NCBI RefSeq assembly: GCF_009914755.1
Contig: NC_060929.1
Direction: 5' to 3' (one strand)
Source: the human T2T-CHM13v2.0 reference genome, Homo sapiens
DNA length: 64,000 nucleotides
Position numbers and translations under genes: made by a program. The notes below the pieces were generated by a model, which did not search any database, was not told the origin of the DNA, and saw only the letters and a list, made by a program, of their open reading frames with translations. The stretch's first letter is position 1. Every line of letters starts with the position of its first letter. Positions 46,211 to 62,467 of this stretch are shown here, piece after piece.

Positions 46211-48909
46211 GTCCCCTCTTTCCAAATATTGACCTATAATGTGAATCCTTACACAGAAAAGTGGACCAGCAATTTTGCCCTCTGCCTACAGGTTGAGTAG
46301 TAGGGAGTGCCCGTTGATTTTGTGGCAAGGGCTGGCACAGTGCTGGGAGTTGGGGCTGGGCCTTGTCACAGCAGTCTGCAGCCCTCAGATGCTCTGGGTC
46401 CAGCTGGTTAGTACCAGCCAGTCAGACAGCATTTTCTAACACTGATTGCAGCTGTGTAGACCTGGCAGCTATGTCAGGCTCCCAAAATAAAAGCTTAAGG
46501 GTCTTTTATTTTGTTACCAACTGGCCTGGTTTTGACACTTAACTGGGAACAACTAGGCTTTCAAGTGCTGGGTTATATGAGCTCAAGTTACCCACTGTGT
46601 TTTCAGATTATCACTTAAACAATCACATGCATGAAATTTAAATCTAGCACTTGCACCTAAATTCAAACTAGAATGTTACGTTAAAAACCTACAGGCTTTG
46701 TTCAATCTTGGAGAGACTTTAACTCCCAAGGGAAAAAAAGAGTCCTATTGCACCTCAATCCTCCCTAGGGTGATGGTAAGGATTAAATAGATGGCATCAT
46801 TTCCATTTTACAGATAAGTTGGATCAGAAGGGTTTCTATCTTGAGTGTGCCTGGCACCTTGTTTTACATCTGTATATACTCCACTGAAAATCATTGTTTA
46901 TTGGTTGAGTCACCCTATAGTCAGGAAATGGGAAAAGGAAATAAAGGTATGATTTATGTAGTTTTAGGTGTACCGTTGTTTCCATTCTGTCTGGTTCACC
47001 ATCCTGGGGAAGTTTTCCTTTCTACTCTGTGTCCAAGTGTTGAATTCCTCCTACCCTGTGAGAGGATGACTACCCAGAAATGACCTCTGGGGTTATCTTG
47101 GACTTGAATGGTGCAGAGGTAACAACTGATGGTGTGGAGCCTACAAATGAATGTGAAAAGCAACAGGTCTTCCCCCGCCAGTCTCCCTTGCAGCAACCCC
47201 GCAGGAAGGCAGTGAGATGAAAAGCCAGGTATGGACCCCTGTGGCAGGGAAGTGTCCAATGTCATCATTAGGTCAGAGAATTGCACCTCCTTGCTATTCA
47301 GCTATTTTAATGACATTTTTTCCCACTTGATTTCTTCTCCTTGCTATAAGGTAATTCAGTGTGGAATGAAACCCAGAGACCGGAATCTGATTTGAACAGA
47401 GGTTTTATTGTAAGCGGTATTTGTGTTCTTTATTCTCTTTATTTTTATTTTATTGTTTTTAATTTATGTTTACAGTCAACACAATAAGCCCAGTTTTTGT
47501 GTTCTTTAAAGTGTAAGTTTTTTTCACATATTGTTCAATGTTGTAAATGTTTTATATTTATGAAAACTACAGTTTTTAGTCATAACCTTTCAAGCCTCCT
47601 TGGGAAACAGCTGCACTATTCTTTTAGACCACACGAGGGCAATGGTGTCACGTGTAAAAGATGCTCGCCTGCTGCTTTCTGAACAGATGGCACATTTGTT
47701 AGACTTCATTGGATGTATTTTTCCTTTATTGAAGCACAGGGGAATTTCGCATTTGCAGGTAGAATGGGGAAAGACAGTTAAAATTTTATACCGTATTTTT
47801 ATCTCTTTGTTTATGCTGATAAAGGTAGCAAAGGCAGTTGATTTATTCTCTTTTTTGCTGTTTTGAGGGATTGGTGTGCTAACAAGCTGAGGTCAGCATT
47901 CATTACCACAGTGACCCTGGCAGAAGATGCTCTGTTGATTTTGCATTTCATTGAAAATGTCACAGAGATAATACATAAACCCGTCTTTCCCCCCCAAACC
48001 CTCCAATACCCTTTCGATATGATTCTCATCCTGTTGTTCCTATTGGATTATCTTTGTGATTAATGTTTCTCCACGCCCATTAAGTAGGGAGACTACAGCC
48101 AGCTTTCTCTGAGGATACCTTGTGTGACCTTACTTACTCCGCGGTCACAGAAACTCTGAAGTGTTCCTTTCACGGATGGGCTTGGTCCTGCTGGGTTCCT
48201 AATGTCCCCCAGTCTCTCTGGGTTCTGGAGGTCTTCACTCAGAACTAACCAGCTCACTCTTCCTAAGGCAGAATAATGCAGAGGTTTCACCCAAAAGTAG
48301 GCAGTACTAGCATCTTTTCTATGGGAATATTTGGTTTGCCATGTTATATTGGCCTGTCCATTTTAAAAAAATTAGTTTTCAACGCTTAAATGCAAAGACT
48401 TCTCATTAAAGATCTAGGTTTCTTGCTTTTCTTGAAACATCGGACAGCATGGTATTTCTAGCCTGAACAGCCCCTGGTGACAATCGGCAGAGCCACCTTT
48501 GTGGCTTTATGCAGTCACTGCACACACAGATCTTCCCTTTTGTTTTCCTGACACTAAGGGAGGTGCCCTTTTTAACCACGTTTGTACTCTTTTCGTTGTA
48601 ATAAAAAGGAAAATGAGAATTTAATACCCATGCCCGTCTCAAAGGAAAAAAAAAATAGAAAGGTATAGTAGGAGAGCCACATGTCTCAAGAAAAAAAAAT
48701 GATCCTAAATCTAGACCTCCCTGCTGTAGCACTTAGAGTAATTGCCTGGCCTTGCGGGCATTCGATTTTCAGCACCTGGGAGAGCTTCGTCTTTAAAAGT
48801 GGGCTGGCCTGGGGTTGTCCTTGGTTAAACCCCAAGGACACTTGAGAGTCCAGTCATCTTTTATCCTGATGGTTCAATGGGGACAACCTCATTTAATCTT
48901 ACAACAGCC

Positions 48910-49650
48910 TGCGAGGTAGTCACTGTCCTATATGGGTACACTGCTTAGCGCCATACCGGGCACGCGTTCAGAGGTCGACCACGCCCTGACTTTTCCTTAG
49001 CTTTATTTTGGAAGCAGTGGGTTTTAAGGCTGGTGCTCCTCGGAGCCTCCTAACCATCACTCGTTTGGCAAGTTGCAGATACACTGCCTGACTAAGCTGG
49101 GAGAAAGAAAGGGTTAAAGAAGGAGAGCGGGAGGGGAAAACCCTTTGGATCGTGGGCTCTGACCCAGACGCGTCTCCATGCCCGCTCTGCAGCCTCGCGG
49201 TGGCAGCTGAGCTGCACGTAGCTGGAGGAGGCTGCAGGAACAGACAGGAAATCCATTCTTGTTCTGCAGATACGTCGGCAAAACTCCCAAAGCAAACAGC
49301 AGAGGAAGTTTGCTTTAGTGGAGACAAACTCACAACTTTGCTCTTTCAAAGCCTCTGTTTACAAGTCAAAGCCCAGGCTCAGTCGGGCTTTCTTCCCACA
49401 CTCACCTCCAGAGGTGCTGCCTGCGGGCGTTTCGCTATCAAAGACCCGCAGCGCCGCGGCCGGTCCGGGATAAGCCGGTGGCTGCGGCTCCAATGCGGAA
49501 CCGGTTCTCTAGCCGCTAAGGAGCCAGGGCTGCTCACCCCAGGCCCCCTGAGGTTCAAATTTGGGAAACGGAGAGATGGGGCGCGGGGGAAGCCCTTAGA
49601 TCTAGTGAGCCCTAGAGTTGAGCATCACGCGCAGAATGAGGTGACTCAAA
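48910..49650. promoter_or_regulatory. Non-repeat CpG-rich segment (weak CpG island; candidate promoter/enhancer)
   Basis: About 39 CpGs counted by eye in ~730 bp, core GCGCCGCGGCCGGTCCGGG at ~49451-49469; AP-1 TGACTCA at 49642-49648. Confidence 0.6.
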
Positions 49651-51469
49651 AAGGAAATTGGCAGGTGCTGGCCTTGGGTAATTTCCCAGTGCCCAAAAGT
49701 GCTAAACCACGCTGCTCAAAGAATAGAAGCCACCAAAATATCTGAGTGGTGGTGCTGGCTCTGTCACCTGAACTGTGTCCAGTGTTATACCTGAATTGGG
49801 TGTATCTGTTAGCTTAAAATAAGATAATACTGTAATAGCTAGAGTCTGGAATAAAAATATGTTATCTAACGGTGAAGTTTGGTGACTTTTTCAAAACAAT
49901 AGCACAGATCTTATGTAACTTTATATTCCAATAAAATCTTTCCTGTGGGGGAAGTGAGTAAGATGGTGCTTTCAGCTGATTAACAGGAGACCAGGCCCAG
50001 GGGTACCAGGCAGACAGAGAACATGGAGATCGGGTGAGTGGCTGGCTTTCTTGCCCTTGAGGAGCTGAAAGCAAAAAGATCTCAGATAAGGTGGAATACT
50101 GTGTTCAAAGCCAACGGTTCTGGGGGCAGCTGCATTTGGTTTTGAATCCTGGCTGTGATGCTTTCTAGATGGGGATGTTGGGAAAATCACATACTCTCTT
50201 TAAAACTTAGTTTTCCATTGCTGAAAAGGGGATGGAGAGAGCCGTTAAGCACTTCCTCAAGGTTACACAGGGGGCAAATGACAACGCTGACTTTCAAACA
50301 GAAATGTCTGATTTCAGAGCCTGCACTTTTCACTGCATACACTTCCATTGATTGAAAACCACAGCCCACCTCCCCAACCCTTGGAGCCCACGCTCCTTTA
50401 GATTTAATCTCAATGCAGATCTTGAGCTCTTAGATCTAGGGCATTCCATCTTTGCTGCTTATGTTATGATTGCTCAGTTCAGGAACCTCCCCTCTTTCTG
50501 TCTATTCAGGCTTTCCAAGTCCTTTGTAATCTGGCCCCAGTGTTTTTCCAGCTGAATCTTCACCTCTTCTCAACCATAATTCCTGGCTAATCCTTGTGCC
50601 TTTTCATGCCTTTTTCTCAGGCCATCCGCACTTTCTGTGATACTCTTCTTTTTTTCTGCAAAAGTTGGTGTGGTTCTCTGCCCCTGCATTTCTCTAAACT
50701 ATTTGTTTCTAGAGTGTGCCCCGTGGGGTTCAGTGGTCAAATAAGCTTGGAGAATGATTGTTTTTTTCAAATGGAGTTTTATGCTAATGTGCATTATAAG
50801 TTCCTCAAAAGATGCGATTGCATGCAGGGTTTCTCAAACAATTTAAACCTAGGAATTTAAAACTCACTCTTCCTCCCTCCCTCTTCTATTCTTTCTTCCT
50901 CCCTTCCTCATTCTCTTCCTTCCTCCTCCCATCCTTTTTTGTTTTCTTTTAAAATATTTCATGGGGCTACAATGCCATACTATGTGTTTTGGAGGATACA
51001 GCTCTCTTATAGTTATGGTGACTGAATTCCTAAGTAATGAGCCCAAGGCCAGACTTGAGGACTAATTCTATTCCTAGACAGGGTATGATGAGAGCATCAA
51101 TTAGCCCTGATGATACTCTGCTGAGAATTCATTTTTTGCATCTAGAACTATGCTCTTTCCGGCTTGCCTAGTAACCAAAATCCTGTCTTATAAGGCATTC
51201 CAGTAAGTGCATTCCCACTTTGGGCTCCTGTACATTTTCTAATTCCTTTGGCCTGATTTGTCATTCCAAGGTCTGGCATCCTACCCAGACCCCAAACTGG
51301 ACTCTGTATTGCTAGTTTCTCTTCATGGCATGGCTTACATTGCTACCTGTGTTCTCTCAATCTGCCTTTCCTGGTGGCCTGTCTCAGTATCCCAATCTTC
51401 ATTATTGGCTCTATGCCTTTCTGACCCATCCTAGCTCTTTGTCAAGTATTTGGTCTGGTTTGGTTGTTG

Positions 51470-51690
51470 AAGACTTTAGGCTTTTGGGCCAAACAGTTCC
51501 AATTCCAGTTCCACGATCTGATAATTGTACACTCTGGAGTAAGTTACTTCACTTTGGACCTCAGCTTTCTCATCTATTAATAGAGGTAACTCCCTCATAC
51601 AGTCCTTGTTGGGATTAAATGATAAACTGCAGGTGATATGCTGCTAATATCATGTGGCACAGAACAAGAGGGCAATAACTATCAGTCGTT
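51470..51690 (+). mobile_element. MIR
   Basis: GTAAGTTACTTCACTTTGGACCTCAGCTTTCTCATCT...GGATTAAATGATAA. Confidence 0.7.
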
Positions 51691-53139
51691 ATATTACCTA
51701 AGTCTCAAAGGCTTCTTCGATCAGTTTAGCCCACACTGAGCCCTCTGGTCTCTAAATATTTTGTGCTCGGTGTCTCATACTTAGCACTCAATGCTGTATG
51801 TGACTTAGTTACACTGTCCCAAGCTAGATTTGGAGTTATTTTTTTTTTTTCAAAATTATGGATAATTTCATACATACCCATTAGTAGAGAGAATAGTAGC
51901 ATGGATCCTGCTGCAGTTGTCATTGAATTGAGATTTTTGGGATAGCTCTTTTTTACCTTGCTCTACTGTTAAATGTATTATTGGTCCATACACAGGTGAC
52001 AGGGAATTTGCCCTGACTGAGCAAGAGCTACCCACTGTGTGTGAGGCTTCATATAAAGAAGTACCTGCTCAGCCTCTCTTGGTATATGGGACCACCACAA
52101 AGTCTCTGTTTTTTTCTAAAGAATGGGGAGATGGAAGAATGGCACCCTCTCATATGGTTCCTGGAGAATCCACTTCACTTTCCAAAACTTTATTCTCCTG
52201 TCTCCTCTTGTCAGTTATTCAAGGCTTGAATTGTGTTCAATTCATTTTGTATCCCCAGCCCCTAACAGAACTTGGTGCAAAAAAATCTTTGAATGATTGT
52301 CTTTCCATTTTTGCTAAAGTTTTATTAGAACTGTTTTCTAGTATCAGAATTGAATCCCAGTTCTAGACCTAGAGCCTTAAGGCTGCAGACTAAAGAAGAC
52401 AGATCTCAGAGCTAAATCTCTCTCTTCTCTCTCTCTTTTTTGTACTGGATGATTGACATCTGAGGACACAGCATATTGACTTCTTTTAAGATGTTGAAAC
52501 AAATAAAAACTATGTGCAGGAGGAAACATGATCCTACATTTATTTATGAGGCATCAGACAATGTCTCAGGAAACAGATGTTTTGTGCTGTAATTCCTCTT
52601 GATGGCACTGGAGCCTTAAATATCATCGCAAGTCCAGCCTTTCACATTCTAAATCCTATTATCTAGGTTAGCTCATCTGTATTCAAAAGATCAATGTTGC
52701 ATTATTACAAAGATCCTTTCAAGTGTAAAAAGGATGGCACTTCATTACAGAAAGTAAAAGAAACTAATCAAACTTTCTTGGTGAAATCATTGACTTTTTA
52801 AAGTAAAGGGCAAATTTAAGAATTTGAAAGTCCGAGATGCGAGAGAACCCAGTGGTTTAGGCTCACCCTGGCATGTGCCTGGTTGTAGCATGTGGGTCTT
52901 GGGTAACCCAAAGAAGAAAGATTTCTTAAAAAGAGTATCAATGCTCCCAGCTGTTCTCATTTCTTCTGTCACCGCTTAGTTATGTATCTTGGAAAAAAAA
53001 TATACTTCTGGTGGGAAGACTCAAGGAGAGAATCTGTGCTGTGTGGTATACTGGCAATATTTGTACTGACCTGGTTAATATAAATTGTTAAGAAAACATT
53101 GGTAAATATTATTTATTCATAGTGTTAACTATTCTTTCA

Positions 53140-53580
53140 ATAGGCAGTCCTTGTTTCTTTTCATTGCAGTTGGCATTCTCTGGGTTGTGTATTCACATAC
53201 AGGATGTTTACTGGGGAGTACTTTTGGGATTGGCACCAGTGGAAGGGAGGGGAAGAAAACAGGATGCAGTAGAGGGAGAAGTGGAGTATGGTGCATGCCC
53301 AAGGATATATACACAAGGACGAGGAACTCTGGAGCTGGAATGGCCTTTCGAAACTCTCTTCCCTGAGGAGCAGACAGCCTGCCCAACAGTCATTGTGTTG
53401 TAAGTGGACCACCTTGGAGAAGGAGTTTGACTTTACCAAGGCATTGCTCTTTAGCTGGGGCAATCCCCAAAGGAAGATGGTAGCTAAGGACTATTTGCTA
53501 GCAGCACTCCTAGCAGCCTGGGTAAAATTCCTTTTATTTCTCAAAGAAGAATCTGGGAAGCACATCACAGTCTCTACCAC
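53140..53580 (-). mobile_element. LTR16-like (ERVL) LTR
   Basis: GTGGAAGGGAGGGGAAGAAAACAGGA...GAGGGAGAAG...CTCTGGAGCTGGAATGGCCTTTC resembles recalled LTR16. Confidence 0.55.
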
Positions 53581-54027
53581 TCTTAATATCTTAAAAGAAA
53601 ATGCTCATTGATCAGCTTCAGTGTAATAGGACTGTGGTAGGTACTGGGGCTTATCGTGGTGAATAAGAAACAGTCCTTGCCTTCAAGGTATTTATCATCA
53701 GGCTCTTCTTGCTAAGATTTGTTGATTATTACGATATTCCAGGCACAGTTCCAAAGAGTCTACTTGTATGAACTGTTGTAACGCACTAAGCCATATGAGA
53801 TACTTAGAGCTCTTATCCTCATTTTATAGATGGAGAAACTGAGGCACATGGGGGAGAAATTTGGGGAAGGCTCTTTTCAGAGTCCTGATAGCCTGCTTCT
53901 ATATTGCTTCCCAAATGTTGCCATTTCTGTAAGATCAAAACCATTCTTTGTATTCTGGTCACTTGTATCTGAGTTAACTATAAAATTTGCTTACTGACAT
54001 ATATTTAGCGTGGCTATTATGGTAAAG

Positions 54028-54364
54028 CTGCCCTGTCCAATAATAGTAGCCGCTAGTCACATAAATCCATAGAGCATTGAAAATGCAAACCGTCCAACTT
54101 GAGGTGCGTTCTTAAGTGTAAAACACACACAGGATTTCAAAGACGTACTGTGGAAAACAAAATGTACAACAGCTCATCATTTTTTTTTTACATTGATTGC
54201 ATGTTGAAACAATAATATTTTGGATATATTGAGTTAAATAAAAGTCTATTTTAAAAATTAATTTTAGCCTGTTTTCATGTTTTAATGTTGCCACTTGGAA
54301 ATTTAAAATTACATACATGGCTTGCATTTGTGGCTTGCATTTTATTTCTATCAGACAACAGTGC
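54028..54364 (-). mobile_element. MER33 (hAT-Charlie)
   Basis: CTGTCCAATA...TAAGTGTAAAACACAC...CATGTTGAAACAATAATATTTTGGATATATTG...AAATTTAAAATTACATA. Confidence 0.85.
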
Positions 54365-56432
54365 TTTAGAGTACCTGAGATTTTTCCAAATGGGATGTAT
54401 TTTGCTCTTAAATGCAGAGAAAGTCCTTATTTACTTTGGTATTGGGATCAGGTTCTTTTGATATGCTTCATTTAATTTGTATTTATTAATAAGGATTCTA
54501 TTCATCGGATAGCCACTATGTGCTGGTTGTTTAGTGATTGTTGAAAACTAGTTAGAGGCAGGCTGAGTGAGATGAATTAAAGTTCTATTGTTGCAGGGGA
54601 ACAAGGTCATCAACTTGAGATTAATCAACGGATTTCAAATCACCAGGAAGGGATATTTTACCCTCAGCTTTACAGTTTCAGCATGTAAATTGCTGTTTAG
54701 AGGAGAGCCTGTAAAATCAATCCAGCCTTTCTCCTTTCAGAAATTAAAAGCAATTTATTTTTGTTTTTGGCAAATCCTGGAAAGCCGTTCTACATCCAAC
54801 TCCTTCTCCCTGACACCACCTGTGTTGCCTGTTTTTTAGGCCTTTGAATAGGGACGTGAGAAATTCAGTGGTTTTTGGGTCCCACAAGATTTGGAGGAAA
54901 CCCCTCTGGTCCCTGTTGGGGAGTCCATCTGTCCCCACCTGGTACATTTTACTTCAAATGAGTCAGAAACTCCAAAGCTAAACTTGGCCAAAGTAGCACA
55001 TGTCATGTGGACTCCACCCAGAGCCATATAAATCATCCCCGGATCACACCAAACTTGGCCTCCAAACTGGGCACAGATTTTTCAATCTGGTCCTAGAGTT
55101 TGCCAGAAGGCAGGAGGACCACAGGAATGTGTGGGATGCATCTGGCTTTTATCCCAACTTCTGTGGTTAGTGAAGCTTATCTGATCCGGGATGGGGTATA
55201 AACACAGCCGTGTACTTGAAAGACACCAAACCACCTTGAAGGGTCATTTCATCCAAAGTCCTGCAGAAAACACTTCTGTACATAGCTGTGTAAGCAACTA
55301 CTCAAGTTCGAGAGATGATCTGTAAAAATATATATATATTTATATATATATCAGGCATCCCAATTGATTGCCATCTCAGTACTTTCTAATATCAATATTT
55401 TGATGACAAACCCAAGCTGAATGAACTTTCACTTCTTTTTGAACAGATATATAGAGGCTGCCTTATTAGATAAACTGACTCTTGAATACAACAACATTGT
55501 GTTTTGTTTATCTGATTTTTAGGACAGGCTCTTTTTAAAGTTTTGTTGTTGTTTTTAATGGGGAAGAACAATAATGATTAACTTTCTTTATCACATCTTG
55601 TTCTCCTTGGGTCAATGCAATTTATTTTCCAGTTTTCAAGGAGGTGCACTCTGCTATATGGTATTTATCTGATTTGTGAAATAACCTATCTTTGGGGGGA
55701 GAAGACTGGGAAGGGTTGTTGGTATTTTTTTTCTCAAGCTGTACCTGGACCTCCTCCCTGCTCCCCCTACCAAACAAACTGCCACCTCTACATGAGAGGA
55801 ACAGCACTCTCAATCTATTCTCCTTTCTGCTCTTCATAACACCACAAATTAGTAATTCATCTGAAAATCAAATAAAAGCATTTATGGAAACCAAGGAACA
55901 GAGCTTCCCAGGAGCTTCTTAGTAAAATCAAAATCACTGCTCTGAGTAAGAAGCATTCTTCAGTCTGCCCAGGCAGCAAGGCAGCTGAGTAGGGGTTCAG
56001 GATTTATTGGCTGTGCCTTTGGGATGGTTACTTAACCTCTCTGTGCCTTGGTTTCTTCACCTGTGAAAAAGGAATAAGACCGTATGTTATAGGGTTTTAT
56101 GAGGCATAAGTGAGAGAATACTGTGGAATGATGAGCGCAGTTTCTGGACTGTAGTGAGTTATCAAATGTGAGAAAGTAGGCAGCAAGGTGGTAGTGAAGG
56201 GTCATTTCTACCAGTCTTTTTTTTTTCCTCTGGGTTGAATGAATTTAGTTGAATCTTAAGTTTAAAAAATTGATATATAATAGTTGTACATATTTTAGGG
56301 GTACATGTGATATTCTGATGCCTGATTACAATGTGTAATGATCAAATCAGGGTCATTGAGATATCCAGCACCTCAAACATTTATCTTTTCTTCCTTTAGT
56401 TTTAAAGCTTTTCCACAAAGTTATTTGTTTAA

Positions 56433-56720
56433 GGCTGGGCGTGGTGGCTCACACCTGTAATCTCAGCACTTCAGGAGGCTAAGGCAGGCGGATCACCCGA
56501 AGTCGGGAGTTCAAGACCAGGCTGGGCAACATGGTGAAACCCCATCTTTACTAAAAATACAAAAATTAGCCAGGTGTGGTGGCGGGCATCTGTAATCCTA
56601 GCTACACGGGAGACTGAGGCAGGAGAATCGCTTGAACCTGGGGGGTGCTGAGATCGCGCCACTTTACTCCAGCCGGGGCAACAGGGCGACTCCGTCTCAA
56701 AAAAAAAAAAGAAAAAAAAA
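56433..56720 (+). mobile_element. AluS with short internal deletion
   Basis: Alu dimer lacking the GAGGTTGCAGTGA segment. Confidence 0.92.
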
Positions 56721-56959
56721 TAGCTACAGCCTGTAATAGCTTGAGACAGGCTGGGCATCTACCTTTCCATGAGGCCTCTGCATGTGGCTAGGTTGACTTT
56801 TTCAGTACTCCAAGATGAAAGAAGTGAAGGTCACCAGTAACTGGTCCCAGAAACTGTCACAGGGCCAGCTATATCCTATTGATCAGAGCAGTCATAGAGC
56901 CCACTCAGATGCAAGGGGAAGGGATATAGGTTGTTGGTTTTTTTAAAAAAAATTTAAAT

Positions 56960-57262
56960 TAGGGCCTTGCTTTGTCACCCAGGCTGGAGTGCAGTGGTGT
57001 GATCACAGCTCAATGCAGCTTCAACTTCTTGAGCTCAAAGTTATCCTTCTGCCTCACGCTCCCAAGTAGCTGGAATTATAGGTACACGTCACCATGTCTG
57101 GTTAATTTTTTCTGTTTTTTTTTTTTTTTTTTTTTTTTTTTTGTGGACACACGGTGTCACTTTGCTGCCTAGATTGCTCTTGAACTCCTGGGCTCAAGCC
57201 ATCCTCCCACCTCGGCCTCCCAAAGTGCTGGGATTATACAGGCATGAGCCAACATGCCCAGG
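56960..57262 (-). mobile_element. AluJ
   Basis: CTCCTGGGCTCAAGCCATCCTCCCACCTCGGCCTCCCAAAG; expanded T linker. Confidence 0.88.
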
Positions 57263-57274
57263 GCACACTTGCTT

Positions 57275-57299
57275 GCTTTTCTTTTTCTTTCTTTCTTTT

Positions 57300-57359
<60 letters not shown>

Positions 57360-57480
57360 TCATTCTATCTCCCTCCCTCCCTCCCTTCTTCCCTCCCTCC
57401 CTTCCCTTTCCTTCTCCTTCCTTCCTTCCTCCCTTCCCTTTCCTTCTCCTTCCTTCCTTCCTTCCTTCCTCTCTTTTTTT
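57275..57480 (+). repeat. (TTTC)n followed by (CCCT/CCTT)n pyrimidine tract
   Basis: ~200 bp almost purely pyrimidine, with a long perfect TTTC run. Confidence 0.95.
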
Positions 57481-58149
57481 CCAATCAGCCTACATCATGC
57501 TTTGAGGACACAGGTTTTGATGCATAGAAGCATCAAGACAATTTATGGCCATCTGCTCCTCCACTATTGGCTCTGCTGATGCTAATGTTTAAAGTCACCT
57601 CTTAAAACATGGCTGAAAGTGTTCAAAACAGGAAACAGGACATAACAGCCTACAAGGCTATTAGAGAGGCCAGGAGATTTCCTTTTTCTTCTGGTGGTTG
57701 TTATTGCAATTTATAATCTCCTAATAGCTTTCCTAATAGCTGTCACCCACTGCGGGCCCCTCATAAACTTATCATCCACTGGACTCTTCACATCTTTATT
57801 TCATCAACTGTTATTAGGCTGCTGTTTCATATTTGTATAAATTCCTTTTTGAATTGAAAGGCAGAATTTGATTTTTGTTAATAGAATTTTCATCCTGTTG
57901 GTTTAAGCTGGTTATTGTTTTGAAAGCAGTTGCCTTTAGGATGTTTGAAAAATGTATTCATAGCTCAGATGGAGTTTGTGGCTTTGTTTGCTCTTGCCAA
58001 TTCACTGCAGCAAGAGTAAACTTCCAAAAACTCAAATATGGCTGTTGACCTCTGCGTCAAATGCTTCAGAGGTCCAAGGTGTTGTCCTCAGCAAAAAATC
58101 TGACTTTTTTTGCATAAATTATAGCCTCCTGACTATACTGTCATTTTCA

Positions 58150-60290
<2,141 letters not shown>

Positions 60291-60298
60291 TTTAATAG

Positions 60299-60522
60299 CT
60301 CAGGAGTTCGAGACCAGCCTGGCCAACATGGTGAAACTCTGTCTCTACTAAAAATACAAAAAATTAGCTAGGCATAGTGGTGGGTACCTGTAATCTCAGC
60401 TTACAGGCCTCAGGAGGCTGAGGCATGAGAATCGCTTGAACCGAAAGGCAGAGGTTGCAGTGAGCTGAGATCGCACCCAGGAGACAAGTGAGACTCCGTC
60501 TCAAAAAAAAAAAAAAAAAAAA
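60299..60522 (+). mobile_element. Alu lacking its 5' ~75 bp
   Basis: Begins at TCAGGAGTTCGAGACC and has an A tail; no TSD seen. Confidence 0.9.
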
Positions 60523-60699
60523 GCATAAAGGCAATCTGCTTTAGATTTCTTTTTATTAATATGATGACTGCTATCAGTTGAAAGCTCATTTAGAATTGTG
60601 ACCAAATCTTATTTTTCACTATAGTTTCTGGACAAACAACGCCAAAACTGAGGCTTCAGATAAGTTGGTGAAACTGGAATTCAGTCCAACGGCACGTCT

Positions 60700-61065
60700 A
60701 ATTTGCTCTACCTGCAAGATCTATCCAGGCACATCTTACTGTCTCCTCTGCTGTCCTATGACTCTAGTTGAGGCTTCATCATCTCTTGTCTGGACTTGTT
60801 TGAAGATACTATTTATCAGATTAAAGCAGTGTCTTTCTTTTTCCTAGTTGGTTACTTTAGTTTTAATGCCTGAGTGGATATTGAATCTTAGACAGTCTCT
60901 GGGTTTCCCTGTTATCAGTCTTGCCCACTCCCACCCACCAGTTTTCATCTATTTTTTGCAAAACTCTCAGAAAAATCCTTTAGAAACTTCCAATAGATCA
61001 TGTCACTCCCCTGCTCGAAACTTTTAAGTGTTTTTCCATCATACTTAGAATACATTACAAATGGA
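60700..61065 (+). mobile_element. L2 fragment (interrupted at 60796-60884)
   Basis: CTACCTGCAAGATCTATCC...CATCATCTCTTGTCTGGAC...GATCATGTCACTCCCCTGCTCGAAAC. Confidence 0.7.
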
Positions 61066-62088
61066 GTAGGAAGGTAGAATTGACCAAAGGTGTCTTCCGA
61101 ATCCCAAAGCTTGCTGTTTGGTATACAGAAACTAACTCTTATAACTTCCCCCATAGGTACCAAAGGTTCCTCCCCTGTACTGTAACTGCAACCCACACCC
61201 AAATCCCTCCAGTATATTGGCTGAGAGCTACAGAATTTAGGGGAAAGTCTTTCTGCTCCTTGATAGAGATGTTTTCCTTCAAAGGAATTAGTACCATGTG
61301 CCAAGACCTCTCAGGGCCACAATGCTAGAGACCTTCCTATCGTGGCTAATTCATTAGTTCAAAGCGATACCACAATGCCTTTGTGCACATAACTACAAAT
61401 ATATCCAAGTGACTAGAGGGAATCTATTTTCATTTGGTAATCTCTTTTTCTTTTCTAGTTATTCAGAAGATTGAATTGTTTATTTTGTAGGAGTTTTTAC
61501 AATGCCAGTTCTATATGTATTTATGTCTATTTGTAATTATTTATTTTGCCTGATTTCACAAAGGATTTGGGGCAATTTACAAGATTGTTTACTATCACAT
61601 GAAAATATGCAAAAAGATATCAAGACTATAGAAGTTATACATTATACTTGGAGATAAATACAATTAGTTCCAATACAATTACTCGAGTTAAAAGAACTTT
61701 TGGTTTCTGAGCTTCCTAGCAATCACATTCAAAGAGGAAGTAATGTCAGTTCAATTATTTACATAAATAAACAAACATAGCCATTCCTTGGGAGAGGGAA
61801 ATCTTTTGTTGGTACCTAGCATATATTTTTTTAATTGCATGATTTCCTCTCCCCGTTAGGAAGAGGGTTGGATGATACCAAAACATCCTAAAGCAAAAGA
61901 ATGGCTTCCTGTTAGGGGTTTTCCCTGCTGGCGGCATTGCTTAATGACAGCAACTCAGTGAAATGACTTTGGAGGCAACCCAGGCAAAATTTTGCTTTCC
62001 GATGGTCCAGCTTAGTTCCAGGATATAGTTTAGAATGCCCGGCATAAACTTTGATTTTCAGAAGAATGACACGATTCTTTACAAATAA

Positions 62089-62467
<379 letters not shown>

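Noticed and set aside
49400-49420. Possible CTCF site CCTCCAGAGGTGCTGC
   Set aside because: Mismatches at core GGC positions of the consensus; too weak to call
49152-49745. 197-aa ORF as a novel protein-coding gene
   Set aside because: Non-ATG start, no recognisable domain, and GC-richness explains the lack of stops; kept only as part of the CpG-island finding
57141-57579. F/L/S-rich hydrophobic ORFs
   Set aside because: Translations of the (TTTC)n/(CCTT)n microsatellite
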